A stretch of DNA of 64,000 bases from an uncultured bacterium. Lineage in GTDB: Bacteria > Chloroflexota > UBA5177 > JANWHV01. The translations under genes were made by a program, and so were the position numbers. Shown piece after piece: positions 39,578 through 48,768 of the stretch. The stretch's first letter is position 1, and each line of letters starts with the position of its first letter. The notes below the pieces were generated by a model. It made no database searches. It saw only the letters and a program-made list of their open reading frames with translations, and was not told the origin of the DNA. Location: positions 1,248,001 through 1,312,000 of the forward strand of contig CAWHAE010000012.1 in assembly GCA_963827235.1 (NCBI GenBank), given 5' to 3'.

Positions 39578-39903
39578 ATGTTTCCTCCACCGCCGCCCAG
39601 CGGTAGCCGCAGCGCGCTGGCCTCCAGTCAACAGGGTGATCATTGCCGGTCAACGTAACGGCAGATCAGCACGCGCCGATCATACCAGTTTCGCTCTGCG
39701 ATGGCCGCACGGCCCCAGCGGACCCCTGGCGGGCAGGCCCGTGGCTCGCGATCCGCGGCAGGAAACGGCGATCCGGAGGGAGCGGTTCAAGAGGGCCGCC
39801 TCCTCACAGCGCGCGTGGACCTGACTGGAGGAGAGAGCAATCCGCCGGTAGGGCGCGGACGGTCAGGCGCGAGGGGACCGTAACCGCGTCCGTAGGGATC
39901 AAC

Positions 39904-41403
39904 ATGATACGGCAGCTTGCGCGACGTGGATCCGATTGGGAAGAAGCGGCTAACGGCGCTGCTTGGCGGCACCTCCAGGCAGCAGCGCCGTTACCGGCGC
40001 GAGCACTGTTGCCGCTTAGCATGCCGCGCATAGCCGCCGGCTGCTGGCTGCTGGCGATGCTGAGTGTCACGCTGAACACTGGGTGGCACCTGCAGGCGGC
40101 CGGCGGTCTGCGGCTGGATCTCCATGTCTACCTGTTCGACGTGGCCATGATCGCCGCGGTCGGATTCTGGGCGCTCAGCCTGTTGCTCGGCGAAACGGAG
40201 GTGCCGCGACTTGGTCCGAGGTTGCCGGCATGCGCGCTGGCCGGCTTGGTCGTCCTCTCCATGCTTGGCACGCTCGTCGCCACACACGCGGACGTGGCCC
40301 TGGGGATGAGTGCCAGGCTCTGGCTGTTGTTCTTGTTCTACCTCTATACCGTCAACCACCCGCCGTCGTTCCGCTCCCTGGCCGTGGCGCTGTGCCTGGG
40401 CGCCTTCCTGCAGCTTCCGGTCGCGCTCCTCCAGGTAGTACGGCAGCATTCGCTGGGCCTGGGGTGGATCGGGGAGCGTGCAATCAATCCCGGCGTACAC
40501 GGCATCGCCGTGGTGGCCGTCGACGGGCACCGCTGGCTGCGCCCCTATGGGCTGACGGTGCATCCCAACGTGCTCGGTGGCCTCGCCGCCTGCACGCTGG
40601 GCGTGGTCGCCACCGGCCTTCCACGCCGCTGGGCAGTGCCTGCGACACTCTGCTGCCTGGCCGTGATCGCTCTGGCGCTTTCGCGCAGTGCCATGGTCGC
40701 CGCTGCCGTTGCCGTGCTCGTCTATCGGCTGGGTGCTGGGCGGCCGATCGGCCTCTCCGCACGCCACAGGCGGGTTCTGATCCCGATTGCCGTCCTGGGC
40801 GTCGCCTTGCTTGCCGCTACGCCAGCCGGCACGGTGCTCGCCACGCGGTTCGATCCCGGCAATGCGCTCGAACAGCAGTCCATCCATGCCAGGCTGACGG
40901 AGATGACGGAGGCGTGGCCGCTGATCGCCGCTCACCCGGTTCTGGGTGTGGGGGCCAACTGCTACCTTGCCGCCATCGAGCCTCTTCTCCCGCTGGGCAT
41001 AGCTCACGGCAGCCAGGTGCCCATCGTGCACGATGCCTATCTGCTGGCACTTGCCGAGATTGGCTTCCTCGGCCCTCTCTTGCTGGCCCTGGCTCTGCTA
41101 TGGCCGGTCTGGATCACGCTCCGCTCCGGCGCAAACTCCGCGACCGCGGCGCTCGCGGCCGCGCTGGCAGCCTGCGCCGTGTTGGGACTCACCGACTACT
41201 ACATTTGGTCGCTGCCGTCATTCCGGCTCCTGTGGGTAACCACACTTGCCCTGTGGGCGGCCGGCAGGAAAACACGGGACGCCGCCGAAGATCAGCCGGC
41301 TAGGTTGGCGTCGCGGCTCCGCGCTTGCGAGAACGGAGCCACCGGGGGAGAGATGCAGGCTGAGCCACAGCATAGACATAGAGGGGTATGTGAGGATGCG
41401 TAG
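39904..41403 (+). CDS. O-antigen ligase / Wzy_C-family membrane protein
   Basis: RPYGLTVHPNVLGG, LSRSA, R.....EAW.LI..HPVLGVG, VHDAYLL.LAEIG; multiple TMs. Start uncertain. Confidence 0.85.
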   Translation: MIRQLARRGSDWEEAANGAAWRHLQAAAPLPARALLPLSMPRIAAGCWLLAMLSVTLNTGWHLQAAGGLRLDLHVYLFDVAMIAAVGFWALSLLLGETEVPRLGPRLPACALAGLVVLSMLGTLVATHADVALGMSARLWLLFLFYLYTVNHPPSFRSLAVALCLGAFLQLPVALLQVVRQHSLGLGWIGERAINPGVHGIAVVAVDGHRWLRPYGLTVHPNVLGGLAACTLGVVATGLPRRWAVPATLCCLAVIALALSRSAMVAAAVAVLVYRLGAGRPIGLSARHRRVLIPIAVLGVALLAATPAGTVLATRFDPGNALEQQSIHARLTEMTEAWPLIAAHPVLGVGANCYLAAIEPLLPLGIAHGSQVPIVHDAYLLALAEIGFLGPLLLALALLWPVWITLRSGANSATAALAAALAACAVLGLTDYYIWSLPSFRLLWVTTLALWAAGRKTRDAAEDQPARLASRLRACENGATGGEMQAEPQHRHRGVCEDA

Positions 41404-42382
41404 AAAGTCAGTTGGTCCCTCGCGACGCATACGAAGGGCAGTGGGTCTTGGCATTCTGGTCACGCTGCTGGCTCCGGCGCTCGTGATCGTCACGGCGCTG
41501 CACGCCGGTGGAATCGTCCAGGGCACGAGCGAGGCGGTGGGATACCCTGCTCCGCCGACCCCGGTTCCGCCGACTCCGATGCCGGCGCTTGCCACCAGTA
41601 CGTTCACCCCTGTGCCCACAGCGACGACGGCACCACCCGCTACAAGCACGCTTCTGCCCTCGCCGACTACAGTGCCGCCGACACCCACAATGCCGCCGAC
41701 TGCCACCGGCACGCCGGCGCCTATAAGCACGGTCGCGCCCACGGCAACGAGCTCCGCGACAGCGACGGCCACCGCGACACCGGCGATCGCGCTCGTCAAG
41801 CTGTCTCTCGTGTTGAACAGGACCAGGATAGCCCAGGGCCAGACCATGATCGTCACCGTGCACGCCGCGGCGAGGCGACATATCGCCCTGGCCGTACGCT
41901 ACGCGGGGACGGCAGGCACGGCCACCGTGCCGGGCGTCGCACAGGCGAATGCCCAGGGCATGGCGACCTTCTCGTTCACGGTGCTGCCCGGCCCGGCCAA
42001 AGGGGCATCCTCCCTGGCAGCGACCGTCACGGTCCAGGTGATCGATCCCAACACTCGCGGCACGGCCACCGCGCGCTTCACCGTCTTCCCGGCCTTGCGC
42101 CTAACGGTGCATACACGGGAAATCGGCTTGGCTCGTTCGAGGGTGCTCGACGTGACCGTGCAGCTTGCGGTACGCGCCCAGGTTGTGGCCACCGTGGCCG
42201 TATCGTCGACACCGCGCATGGTTCTGACCGCCCGCGGCACAGCCGGCGGCGCGCACCAGCTGGACATGCGTTTCTCACTTGGCCCAATGGACGGCGCGAC
42301 GGTGGCGCACGTCACCGTGACCGTTACCACTAAAGACGGCGTGACGGACACGAGAAGCCTATCACTACTATTGCAGCCTTGA
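41396..42382 (+). CDS. Secreted or membrane-anchored Pro/Thr-rich protein with beta-rich C-terminal domains
   Basis: Basic N-region plus hydrophobic segment, ~75-aa PT/AT-repeat linker, beta-strand-rich C-terminus; start overlaps the ligase stop. Confidence 0.75.
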   Translation: MRRKSVGPSRRIRRAVGLGILVTLLAPALVIVTALHAGGIVQGTSEAVGYPAPPTPVPPTPMPALATSTFTPVPTATTAPPATSTLLPSPTTVPPTPTMPPTATGTPAPISTVAPTATSSATATATATPAIALVKLSLVLNRTRIAQGQTMIVTVHAAARRHIALAVRYAGTAGTATVPGVAQANAQGMATFSFTVLPGPAKGASSLAATVTVQVIDPNTRGTATARFTVFPALRLTVHTREIGLARSRVLDVTVQLAVRAQVVATVAVSSTPRMVLTARGTAGGAHQLDMRFSLGPMDGATVAHVTVTVTTKDGVTDTRSLSLLLQP

Positions 42383-42461
42383 CCGTGTGACGGCGGGCCC
42401 CGCCCCAGCGCCCGGACGCGGCCCCGCCGCGTTGCCGCCGCCCATCCGTCGCATGACAAGA

Positions 42462-42586
42462 GTGGACCAACGGCCCCTGCAAGACAGGTCGCAACGGCCT
42501 ATCCAGGGTCCTTCCTGTTCGATATACAGGAAGGCGAACCGGAGTATTGCCGATGCGCTGTCTTGCCGTGGCCGTTCCTTCTCCAC
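42462..42586. ncRNA. Candidate structured RNA: ~125-nt nested imperfect hairpin upstream of mntP
   Basis: Nested pairs GTGGA/TCCAC, AACGGCC/GGCCGTT, GCAAGACAG/CTGTCTTGC, CGCAaCGGC/GCCGaTGCG, TCC/GGA, GGT/ACC, CCTTCCTGT/ACAGGAAGG. Confidence 0.45.
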
Positions 42587-42620
42587 AGCCTTCACCGAGC
42601 CCAAGACCGGGCAGTTCCCA

Positions 42621-43178
42621 TTGAACCTCGGCGCGCTTATCCTGATCAGCATTACCGTTGGTCTCGACAATTCGGCAGTCGCGGTCGCTTTCGGCATCAG
42701 CGGCATTCCACGGCGCGAACGGGTCAGGATCGCGCTGACGTTCGGTCTCTTCGAGTTTCTCATGCCCATCGCCGGCCTGTGGCTGGGCAGCGGGGTCGCC
42801 GAAGAAGTGGGGTCGGTTGGACGCCTTGGCGGTGCATTGCTGCTGATCGCCACCGGTCTCTATGCCTATTGGAAGACCTGGACGGAGGAACGCGAGCCTG
42901 GAACGCGGGGCGCGCAGGCCATGGCCGGGCCGCGGCTCATGCTCACCGCATTTGCCCTCAGCCTCGACAACCTGGTCGTGGGCTTCGCGCTCAGTATGGC
43001 CGATACGCCCCCGCTGCTGGCCGGCGTGACGATGATCTCCGCCAGCGTGGTGATGACGCTATTGGCGCTTGAGCTGGGCCACCAGCTGGGCAGGCGAATC
43101 GAGCAGTGCAGCGAGGAGATCAGCGCCGTCGTCCTCATCCTTGTCGGCGTGGCGCTCGCCACCGGAATTCTGGGCTGA
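42621..43178 (+). CDS. mntP: Manganese efflux pump MntP family
   Basis: Duplicated motif GLDNSAVA / ALSLDNLVVG, FGLFEFLMP..GL.LG, 6 TMs; TTG start inferred. Confidence 0.85.
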   Translation: MNLGALILISITVGLDNSAVAVAFGISGIPRRERVRIALTFGLFEFLMPIAGLWLGSGVAEEVGSVGRLGGALLLIATGLYAYWKTWTEEREPGTRGAQAMAGPRLMLTAFALSLDNLVVGFALSMADTPPLLAGVTMISASVVMTLLALELGHQLGRRIEQCSEEISAVVLILVGVALATGILG

Positions 43179-43277
43179 GACACTGGACGGCGCGGGGTGC
43201 CGTGGTGTAGGCAGGTCGTTGCCGGGCGGCGACCGCACGCACAAGGGTGCGACCGAGGCAGCGCGGCTGTTACCGGG

Positions 43278-44519
43278 TCAGTCACGCCTGCTCAGAGCAG
43301 GGTAGCCGAGCCGCGAAAGAAAGGGGGCGGTCATCATCGTCGTCACCAGCGCCATGATGACGAGCATGGTAAAGCAGCGAGGGGTAAGGAGTCCATCCGC
43401 CAGGCCGATATTGAGCACGATCAACTCCACAAGCCCGCGCGTGTTCATGAGCGCGCCAAGAGCCAGGGCCTCGCGCCAGTCCGCACGCATTGTTCGCATA
43501 GCCAGCGCGCAGCACACGAGCTTGCCGGACACCGCCGTGAGTATGATCGCCGCGCACACCAGCCACAAACCCGGTGTGTCGACGAGCCCAAGGCGCGTCT
43601 GCAACCCGCTTGCGACGAAGAAGAGCGGCAGGAAGGTTACGGTGTTGACGGCGTCGATACTGCGGGCCTGTTCGACGGCGGCAGGCGAGCGCGGCGTCAC
43701 CGCACCCAGCATGAAGGCGCCGAAGACCGGGTGCACCCCAATCAGCGAGGTCGTGTCCGCCGCCAGCCAGAGCGTGGCCATGATCAATACCAGCCGGAGC
43801 CGTGGCGAGAAAACGAGCTGATGCGCGCGCGCGAGGGCCGGGCGGACGAAGACCAGCATGCAGGCGAAAAACGCCACGGTCTCGAACGGCGGAGCCACGG
43901 CGGACGCCCCCGCCGAGCTCGCCAGCGCGACAACCAGCGCCAGGAGGCACCAGGCCAGAATATCACTGCTGGCCGCGCAGGCCAGGGCGAGCGCGCCCAG
44001 CTGCGTGCCGGCCAGTCCTCTCTCGAACAGGATGCGTGCCAGCACGGGAAAGGCAGTTATCGCCATCGCCGTGCCCACCAGCAGCATGAACTCGCCTCTG
44101 CTTGATGCACGCGGGCCGGCATATCCGGCCGAGGAGAAGAGGAAGTAGGCTAGCGCGGCGCCCAGGGCCAGCGGCGTCAAGGTGCCGCACGCCGAAACCA
44201 CCGTCGCGCGCCGGCCCTGCCGGCGCAGGTGATCCGTGTCGAATCGCAGGCCGACCGTGAACATGTAGAGCACAAGCCCGAGGTCGCCCAATGACTGCAA
44301 CGCCGGCATGGCACTGGCCGGAAAGACCGTGGTACTGACGCCGGGCAGGAGCGCACCGAACACGCTCGGTCCCAGGACGATACCCGCGACCACCTCGCCG
44401 ATCACCCAGGGCTGGCCGACCAGCCCGCACAGCAGACCGCAGCCGTGCACCACGATCAGCACGACGGCGAGCTCGAGCAGCAGATGCTGGGTCAGCATGG
44501 GCAGGCCTGCACTCTTCAC
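43278..44519 (-). CDS. Cation:proton antiporter (CPA2/Kef type)
   Basis: GQPWVIGEVVAGIVLGPS, AITAFPVLARIL, FGAF, FLPLFF..SG, LMNTRGLVELIVLNIG. Confidence 0.92.
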   Translation of the reverse strand: MKSAGLPMLTQHLLLELAVVLIVVHGCGLLCGLVGQPWVIGEVVAGIVLGPSVFGALLPGVSTTVFPASAMPALQSLGDLGLVLYMFTVGLRFDTDHLRRQGRRATVVSACGTLTPLALGAALAYFLFSSAGYAGPRASSRGEFMLLVGTAMAITAFPVLARILFERGLAGTQLGALALACAASSDILAWCLLALVVALASSAGASAVAPPFETVAFFACMLVFVRPALARAHQLVFSPRLRLVLIMATLWLAADTTSLIGVHPVFGAFMLGAVTPRSPAAVEQARSIDAVNTVTFLPLFFVASGLQTRLGLVDTPGLWLVCAAIILTAVSGKLVCCALAMRTMRADWREALALGALMNTRGLVELIVLNIGLADGLLTPRCFTMLVIMALVTTMMTAPFLSRLGYPALSRRD

Positions 44520-44804
44520 CTCTCTTGCTTACGCTCACCGATCGAACGTGGCTGCCCGGGCACCGGCCGGCGGAATGCGGCGCGGGCGCCGGGCGAGGCC
44601 AGCCACATACGCACAGGTTACATGGTCCGGCGTCACCGCCACGATATCGCACAGCTCGCCAAGAAACGGGCAACTCGTGGCGGGAGATCTTTGGCAGCCG
44701 ATCGGCCTCGTTCGGCGCACGCGCGAGACACGGTATGACAGCATGACGTCCACCGGCCTGGACGCCGGCTAGCTCGATGCCGGCAGGAGCTGGCCGGCGG
44801 CCAC

Positions 44805-44834
44805 TTGGGCGATGGGTGCAGGCGCACATACAAT
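44805..44834 (+). promoter_or_regulatory. Probable sigma70 promoter for FKBP
   Basis: TTGGGC-N18-TACAAT about 60 nt upstream of the start. Confidence 0.4.
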
Positions 44835-44891
44835 GAAGGGATGTTGCCCGGTGTTGGCCGGGATCCATGGCAGTCACTGGAGTCGATGACA

Positions 44892-45230
44892 ATGCCTGTA
44901 ACCAGCTCAGGGCTCGAATATGAGGATACGACCGTAGGTACTGGGGCGAGCCCGCAAAAAGGCCAAAAGGTGAGTGTTCACTATACAGGCCGCCTGAGCA
45001 ACGGCACGAAGTTCGATTCGAGCCGCGACCGGGGCCAACCGTTCACCTTCGTGATCGGGCGAGGCCAGGTTATCGCTGGCTGGGATGAAGGTGTCGGCAC
45101 GATGCAGGTTGGCGGCCAGCGAGTGTTGACCATACCGTCAAACCTTGCATACGGGGCTCGGGGCGTGCCCGGGGTTATTCCGTCCGGAGCTACCCTCGTC
45201 TTCGACGTGGAGTTGCTTGAGATCCTGTAG
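44892..45230 (+). CDS. FKBP-type peptidyl-prolyl cis-trans isomerase
   Basis: VSVHYTGRL.NG.KFDSS, GQVIAGWDEG, LAYG, TLVFDVELL. Confidence 0.96.
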   Translation: MPVTSSGLEYEDTTVGTGASPQKGQKVSVHYTGRLSNGTKFDSSRDRGQPFTFVIGRGQVIAGWDEGVGTMQVGGQRVLTIPSNLAYGARGVPGVIPSGATLVFDVELLEIL

Positions 45231-45442
45231 CGGCCTCTTCGCACACACCGTCCCGAGCCCTTTGACGGCTAACCGGCGCCCCTGTACGCTCATCACAGGG
45301 CAACATGAACCACCGATGAATCGCGGTGGCAGGTGGTGATCCACGCGATTGACCCGATTCGTTGACTGAGGGCCTCGCCCTGGATACGCGCTGAACAGCA
45401 TCTTGCGCCCAGGCTCGACACAAGGGGGTATGGGACCGGTCG

Positions 45443-47002
45443 ATGAGCGCCTTTTCGCGTGTCCGGTTCGTCATGGGCTTGGTGGCGGCAGAGCCACGCG
45501 CCGGGGCCGGGCGGGGCGGGGCGCGTGAGGCGTTCGGGTCGCGCGCGCAGGATGACGGGCAGCAGGCAGGCCTCTGGCCGAGCATGCGGCGCGCCACCCG
45601 CGCGGTGACCCGTATCCCGCTTCCCACCTGGGCTACACCCGTGTCGATCGCCTCCCTGGGCATGTACATCGTGGAGACGCTGGATCATGGCGTTTACCGG
45701 GTTCAGATTCCCTTTGCCATCCTGCTGACGGGCGCCCTGGTCGTCATGCTCGCCGCGCTCTACTTCGCCTTGGCCCAGCCGCCGGCCCGCCTCGTCACCG
45801 TCGGCGAGCGTCCCAAGACGGCGCTGCTCATGACGGTCCTGCTCGGCATCACCATCGCGCAAATGCTTATCGCCGTTCCTCATCTGATGCAGGTTCAGCG
45901 CTACACGAACGACGCCGTCGCAGTCACCGACTGCGCGGCGCAGATGGTCATGCATGGCCAGAATCCATACAAGAACGTGCACATGCTGACCTGCCTGCAG
46001 GATCACGGCCTGAATTCGGGCTCGACGACACCCAAGACCGTCGGCGCGTTCAAGGATTTTCGCAGCTACCCGTCGCCCGCGGCGGCTACCTTCAAGTGGA
46101 AGCAGTACATCACCTTCATCAACGATCTCAAGCAAGAACGCCGGAATCCCTCGTACATGACGCCCGACTTCGAGAACCGCTTCAACTATCCGGGCGCCGC
46201 GATCACGATGGCCATCCCCGTACTGCTGCTCGGCGTGCGCGACCTCATTCCCCTCTATCTCGGCTTCATGGTCCTGACCGGTATCCAGATCTGGCGGCGC
46301 GCCAACCCCAGAATCCGCCTCGCCGTCACCTGCCTGTTACTCGGCAACGCTCCCCTGGTCGTGGACGGAGTGGGGGGACTGACCGACGCCTCATACGCGT
46401 TCTTCCTCGTGCTCTACTGGTTCAATCGCGGCCGCACCTGGCCGGCGGGTCTGCTGCTCGGCCTGGCCATCGCCAGCCGGCAGCAAGCCTGGTTCTTCGT
46501 GCCGTTCCTGCTGTTCCTGTCCTGGCGCGAATCCGGCTTTCGCGAGGCCTGCAAGCTCTCCGCCATCATGACGCTGGTGTTTATCGGCCTCAACCTGCAA
46601 TTCATTCTCATGTCGCCCGCGGACTGGCTGACCGGAATGCTCGGGCCCATGCGCGATCCCATGTTCGCGCTCGGCGTGGGCCTGGTCGATCTGTCGATCG
46701 CCAAGGCCCTGCCGCTCTTCCCGGCGGCCGTCTACCTCGTGCTCGAGGTACTGGCTTACGCCGGCGTATTCGCCTTCTATGTGCGTCGCTGGGCGACCGC
46801 GCCGGCGCTCGCCTTGTTGCTGCCGCTGATTCCTATGTTCTTTGCATGGCGCAGTCTGCACACGTACTTCATGTTCCTGCCGGTTCTGGCAGTCGCCGCT
46901 CTCGTCATCACGACACCGCGTATCGTCGGCCCCGACATCGTGGCGGGCACGCGGTTCGACCACGCCGGACGATCGCGCGGCAGCCACGGCGTCGCGAGCT
47001 GA
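45443..47002 (+). CDS. Polytopic GT-C-like membrane protein (GT87/DUF2029-like)
   Basis: First-loop YTND...G.NPY, FNYP, G..D, LGLAIASRQQAWFFVP; many TMs. Start uncertain. Confidence 0.7.
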   Translation: MSAFSRVRFVMGLVAAEPRAGAGRGGAREAFGSRAQDDGQQAGLWPSMRRATRAVTRIPLPTWATPVSIASLGMYIVETLDHGVYRVQIPFAILLTGALVVMLAALYFALAQPPARLVTVGERPKTALLMTVLLGITIAQMLIAVPHLMQVQRYTNDAVAVTDCAAQMVMHGQNPYKNVHMLTCLQDHGLNSGSTTPKTVGAFKDFRSYPSPAAATFKWKQYITFINDLKQERRNPSYMTPDFENRFNYPGAAITMAIPVLLLGVRDLIPLYLGFMVLTGIQIWRRANPRIRLAVTCLLLGNAPLVVDGVGGLTDASYAFFLVLYWFNRGRTWPAGLLLGLAIASRQQAWFFVPFLLFLSWRESGFREACKLSAIMTLVFIGLNLQFILMSPADWLTGMLGPMRDPMFALGVGLVDLSIAKALPLFPAAVYLVLEVLAYAGVFAFYVRRWATAPALALLLPLIPMFFAWRSLHTYFMFLPVLAVAALVITTPRIVGPDIVAGTRFDHAGRSRGSHGVAS

Positions 47003-47021
47003 CCGGCGCCCTCGGCCCTGC

Positions 47022-48605
47022 CTACTGGCAACGCTGCTGCACGACTTCCGTGTGAGACAGGAGGTTGTCCAGCGTGGTAGAGCCGGACGGCAGCCGGCGG
47101 TTCTGCACGACGGACACGGTGAAGCGCCCCACCACTCGCGATCCGGACTGGATGGGCAGGCTGGCAAACACGCTTGGCGGTCCGGGCGGCGGCACCGGCG
47201 CGCCGGCCGGCGGATCGGTGGCTACATACACGATGGTCGTGGCCCGCTTCGGCGGCGGCCAGAGCTTGTACTGATTCGCATCGCTGTAGACGTGCGGATG
47301 GCCCGGTAGGTAGAACGCCATCTCCGCCGCCGTGCCGTAGGAATCGGCGACGAGGACATACGACCGGCGTGCGACCGGGCTCGGCGGCGTCACGATCGAT
47401 GCCACCAGTTTGGCCGCGTCAGGCCAACGAGGCTGCGGCCGCAGCAGGGAGGAGTCGACGCGCGCGGCGTTGTCGACCAGCGGACCCCCCTGAGCCACCG
47501 TTTGCTGGATGTATCCGGCCTGGATGCCGGCAAACTCGATCGCTCCGGTCAGGACCGTGGCGCCCAGGAGGGTGCGCGAGCGGCAGGGTGCAATCCGCCG
47601 CCACCACGGATACCGCTCGGCCAGCACGCCGGCGCAGATAATGCCGGAGAAGTAGCCGGGAGCCGCCCATTGGCGCACGCCGTGCGCCACGAGAAAGGCT
47701 CCGGCAATAGGGACGGTACAGCAGGCCAGAAGCAAGAGGGGATCGTCGCCGCGCAAGCCGCGCGTGCAGGCAATAAGCGTGCTGGCCGCGACGACGACGG
47801 CGAGCAGCGGTCCCAGCAGCGTGACTTGGTTCTGCGCGTATAGCCACGTCTGGTACAGGTAGTTGGATCCCCGGGCGCCGATCACGCAAGCGCCGTGTGC
47901 CGTCTGGAAGCCGAGGCTGACCCAGCCATGGTGGGCATTCCACCAGAGATTGGGGCTGAAGACGACCAGCGCCAGGAGGGCGGCAAGATAGGGCTCGCGC
48001 CTGGCCTGCCATCGCCGGCACGAGAGCATGGCGTAGAGCACCAGCGATGCCACCAGGAAGAAGGCCGTGTACTTTGCCAGCAGCGCCACTCCAACGAGCG
48101 CCCCTGCCGGGTACCAGTAGCGACCATCGCCGGTCCGGGCGGCAAGCACCATCACGTACACCACGCCGGCCCAGGCAAGCAGCAATGGGGCGTCGGGCCC
48201 GGCAAAGTCGAACAGGATGCCGAACAAGGGACACGTCGCCGCCAGGAGGAGGCACGACCAGCCGGCTCGCGCGCCGCCCAGCGTGTTCCCTGTCCGCGCC
48301 GCCACTGCCAGGGTTCCCAGACCGCACAGCACCATTCCCAAGCGAACGCCGAGCTCGCTCGAACCGGCCACAGCGGTGGCCAGCCGGACGAGCACCGCCA
48401 CCAGCGGCGGATGGTCGTAGTAGCCAAGGTCCAGCCGCCGAGACCAGTCCCAGTAGTACGCCTCATCGAAGAAGAGGGTCGAGCGCCCGACCCACTGGAG
48501 CCACCAGATGCTGACCAGTACGAGCGCCGCCAGGAGAGCAGGCCCCTGAGGTCGCGGGATATCGCCGGCCGGCGACTTGACACTCCGGTCAGCCCGGTAC
48601 ACCAT
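47022..48605 (-). CDS. Glycosyltransferase family 39/83 (PMT_2, ArnT-like)
   Basis: FFDEAYYWDWSRRLDLGYYDHPP, PDAPL, LAKYT, PNLWWN..HGW.S..FQ, YG.AAEMAFY. Confidence 0.9.
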   Translation of the reverse strand: MVYRADRSVKSPAGDIPRPQGPALLAALVLVSIWWLQWVGRSTLFFDEAYYWDWSRRLDLGYYDHPPLVAVLVRLATAVAGSSELGVRLGMVLCGLGTLAVAARTGNTLGGARAGWSCLLLAATCPLFGILFDFAGPDAPLLLAWAGVVYVMVLAARTGDGRYWYPAGALVGVALLAKYTAFFLVASLVLYAMLSCRRWQARREPYLAALLALVVFSPNLWWNAHHGWVSLGFQTAHGACVIGARGSNYLYQTWLYAQNQVTLLGPLLAVVVAASTLIACTRGLRGDDPLLLLACCTVPIAGAFLVAHGVRQWAAPGYFSGIICAGVLAERYPWWRRIAPCRSRTLLGATVLTGAIEFAGIQAGYIQQTVAQGGPLVDNAARVDSSLLRPQPRWPDAAKLVASIVTPPSPVARRSYVLVADSYGTAAEMAFYLPGHPHVYSDANQYKLWPPPKRATTIVYVATDPPAGAPVPPPGPPSVFASLPIQSGSRVVGRFTVSVVQNRRLPSGSTTLDNLLSHTEVVQQRCQ

Positions 48606-48768
48606 CACTGCATCCCCGTTGCTGCCGCGATTTCGGACACGACCCCGAGTATACCAGGGCAACCGCATTCCGCCTCCCCATAGACCGTGGGATGGTGCCG
48701 CTCGGCCCGTCCCGAGCACGGCCGCAGCGCCGCACACCGCTGGCGCGACTCCGGGCCGCGCCACTACC

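Noticed and set aside
41540-41790. PT/AT codon repeats (also Gly-rich 55560-55800) as a DNA repeat element
   Set aside because: Degenerate at synonymous positions; explained by low-complexity protein linkers.
42440-42620. Canonical yybP-ykoY riboswitch or SRP RNA
   Set aside because: Conserved motif order and junction are absent and there is no SRP helix-8 motif. Kept only as an unknown hairpin.
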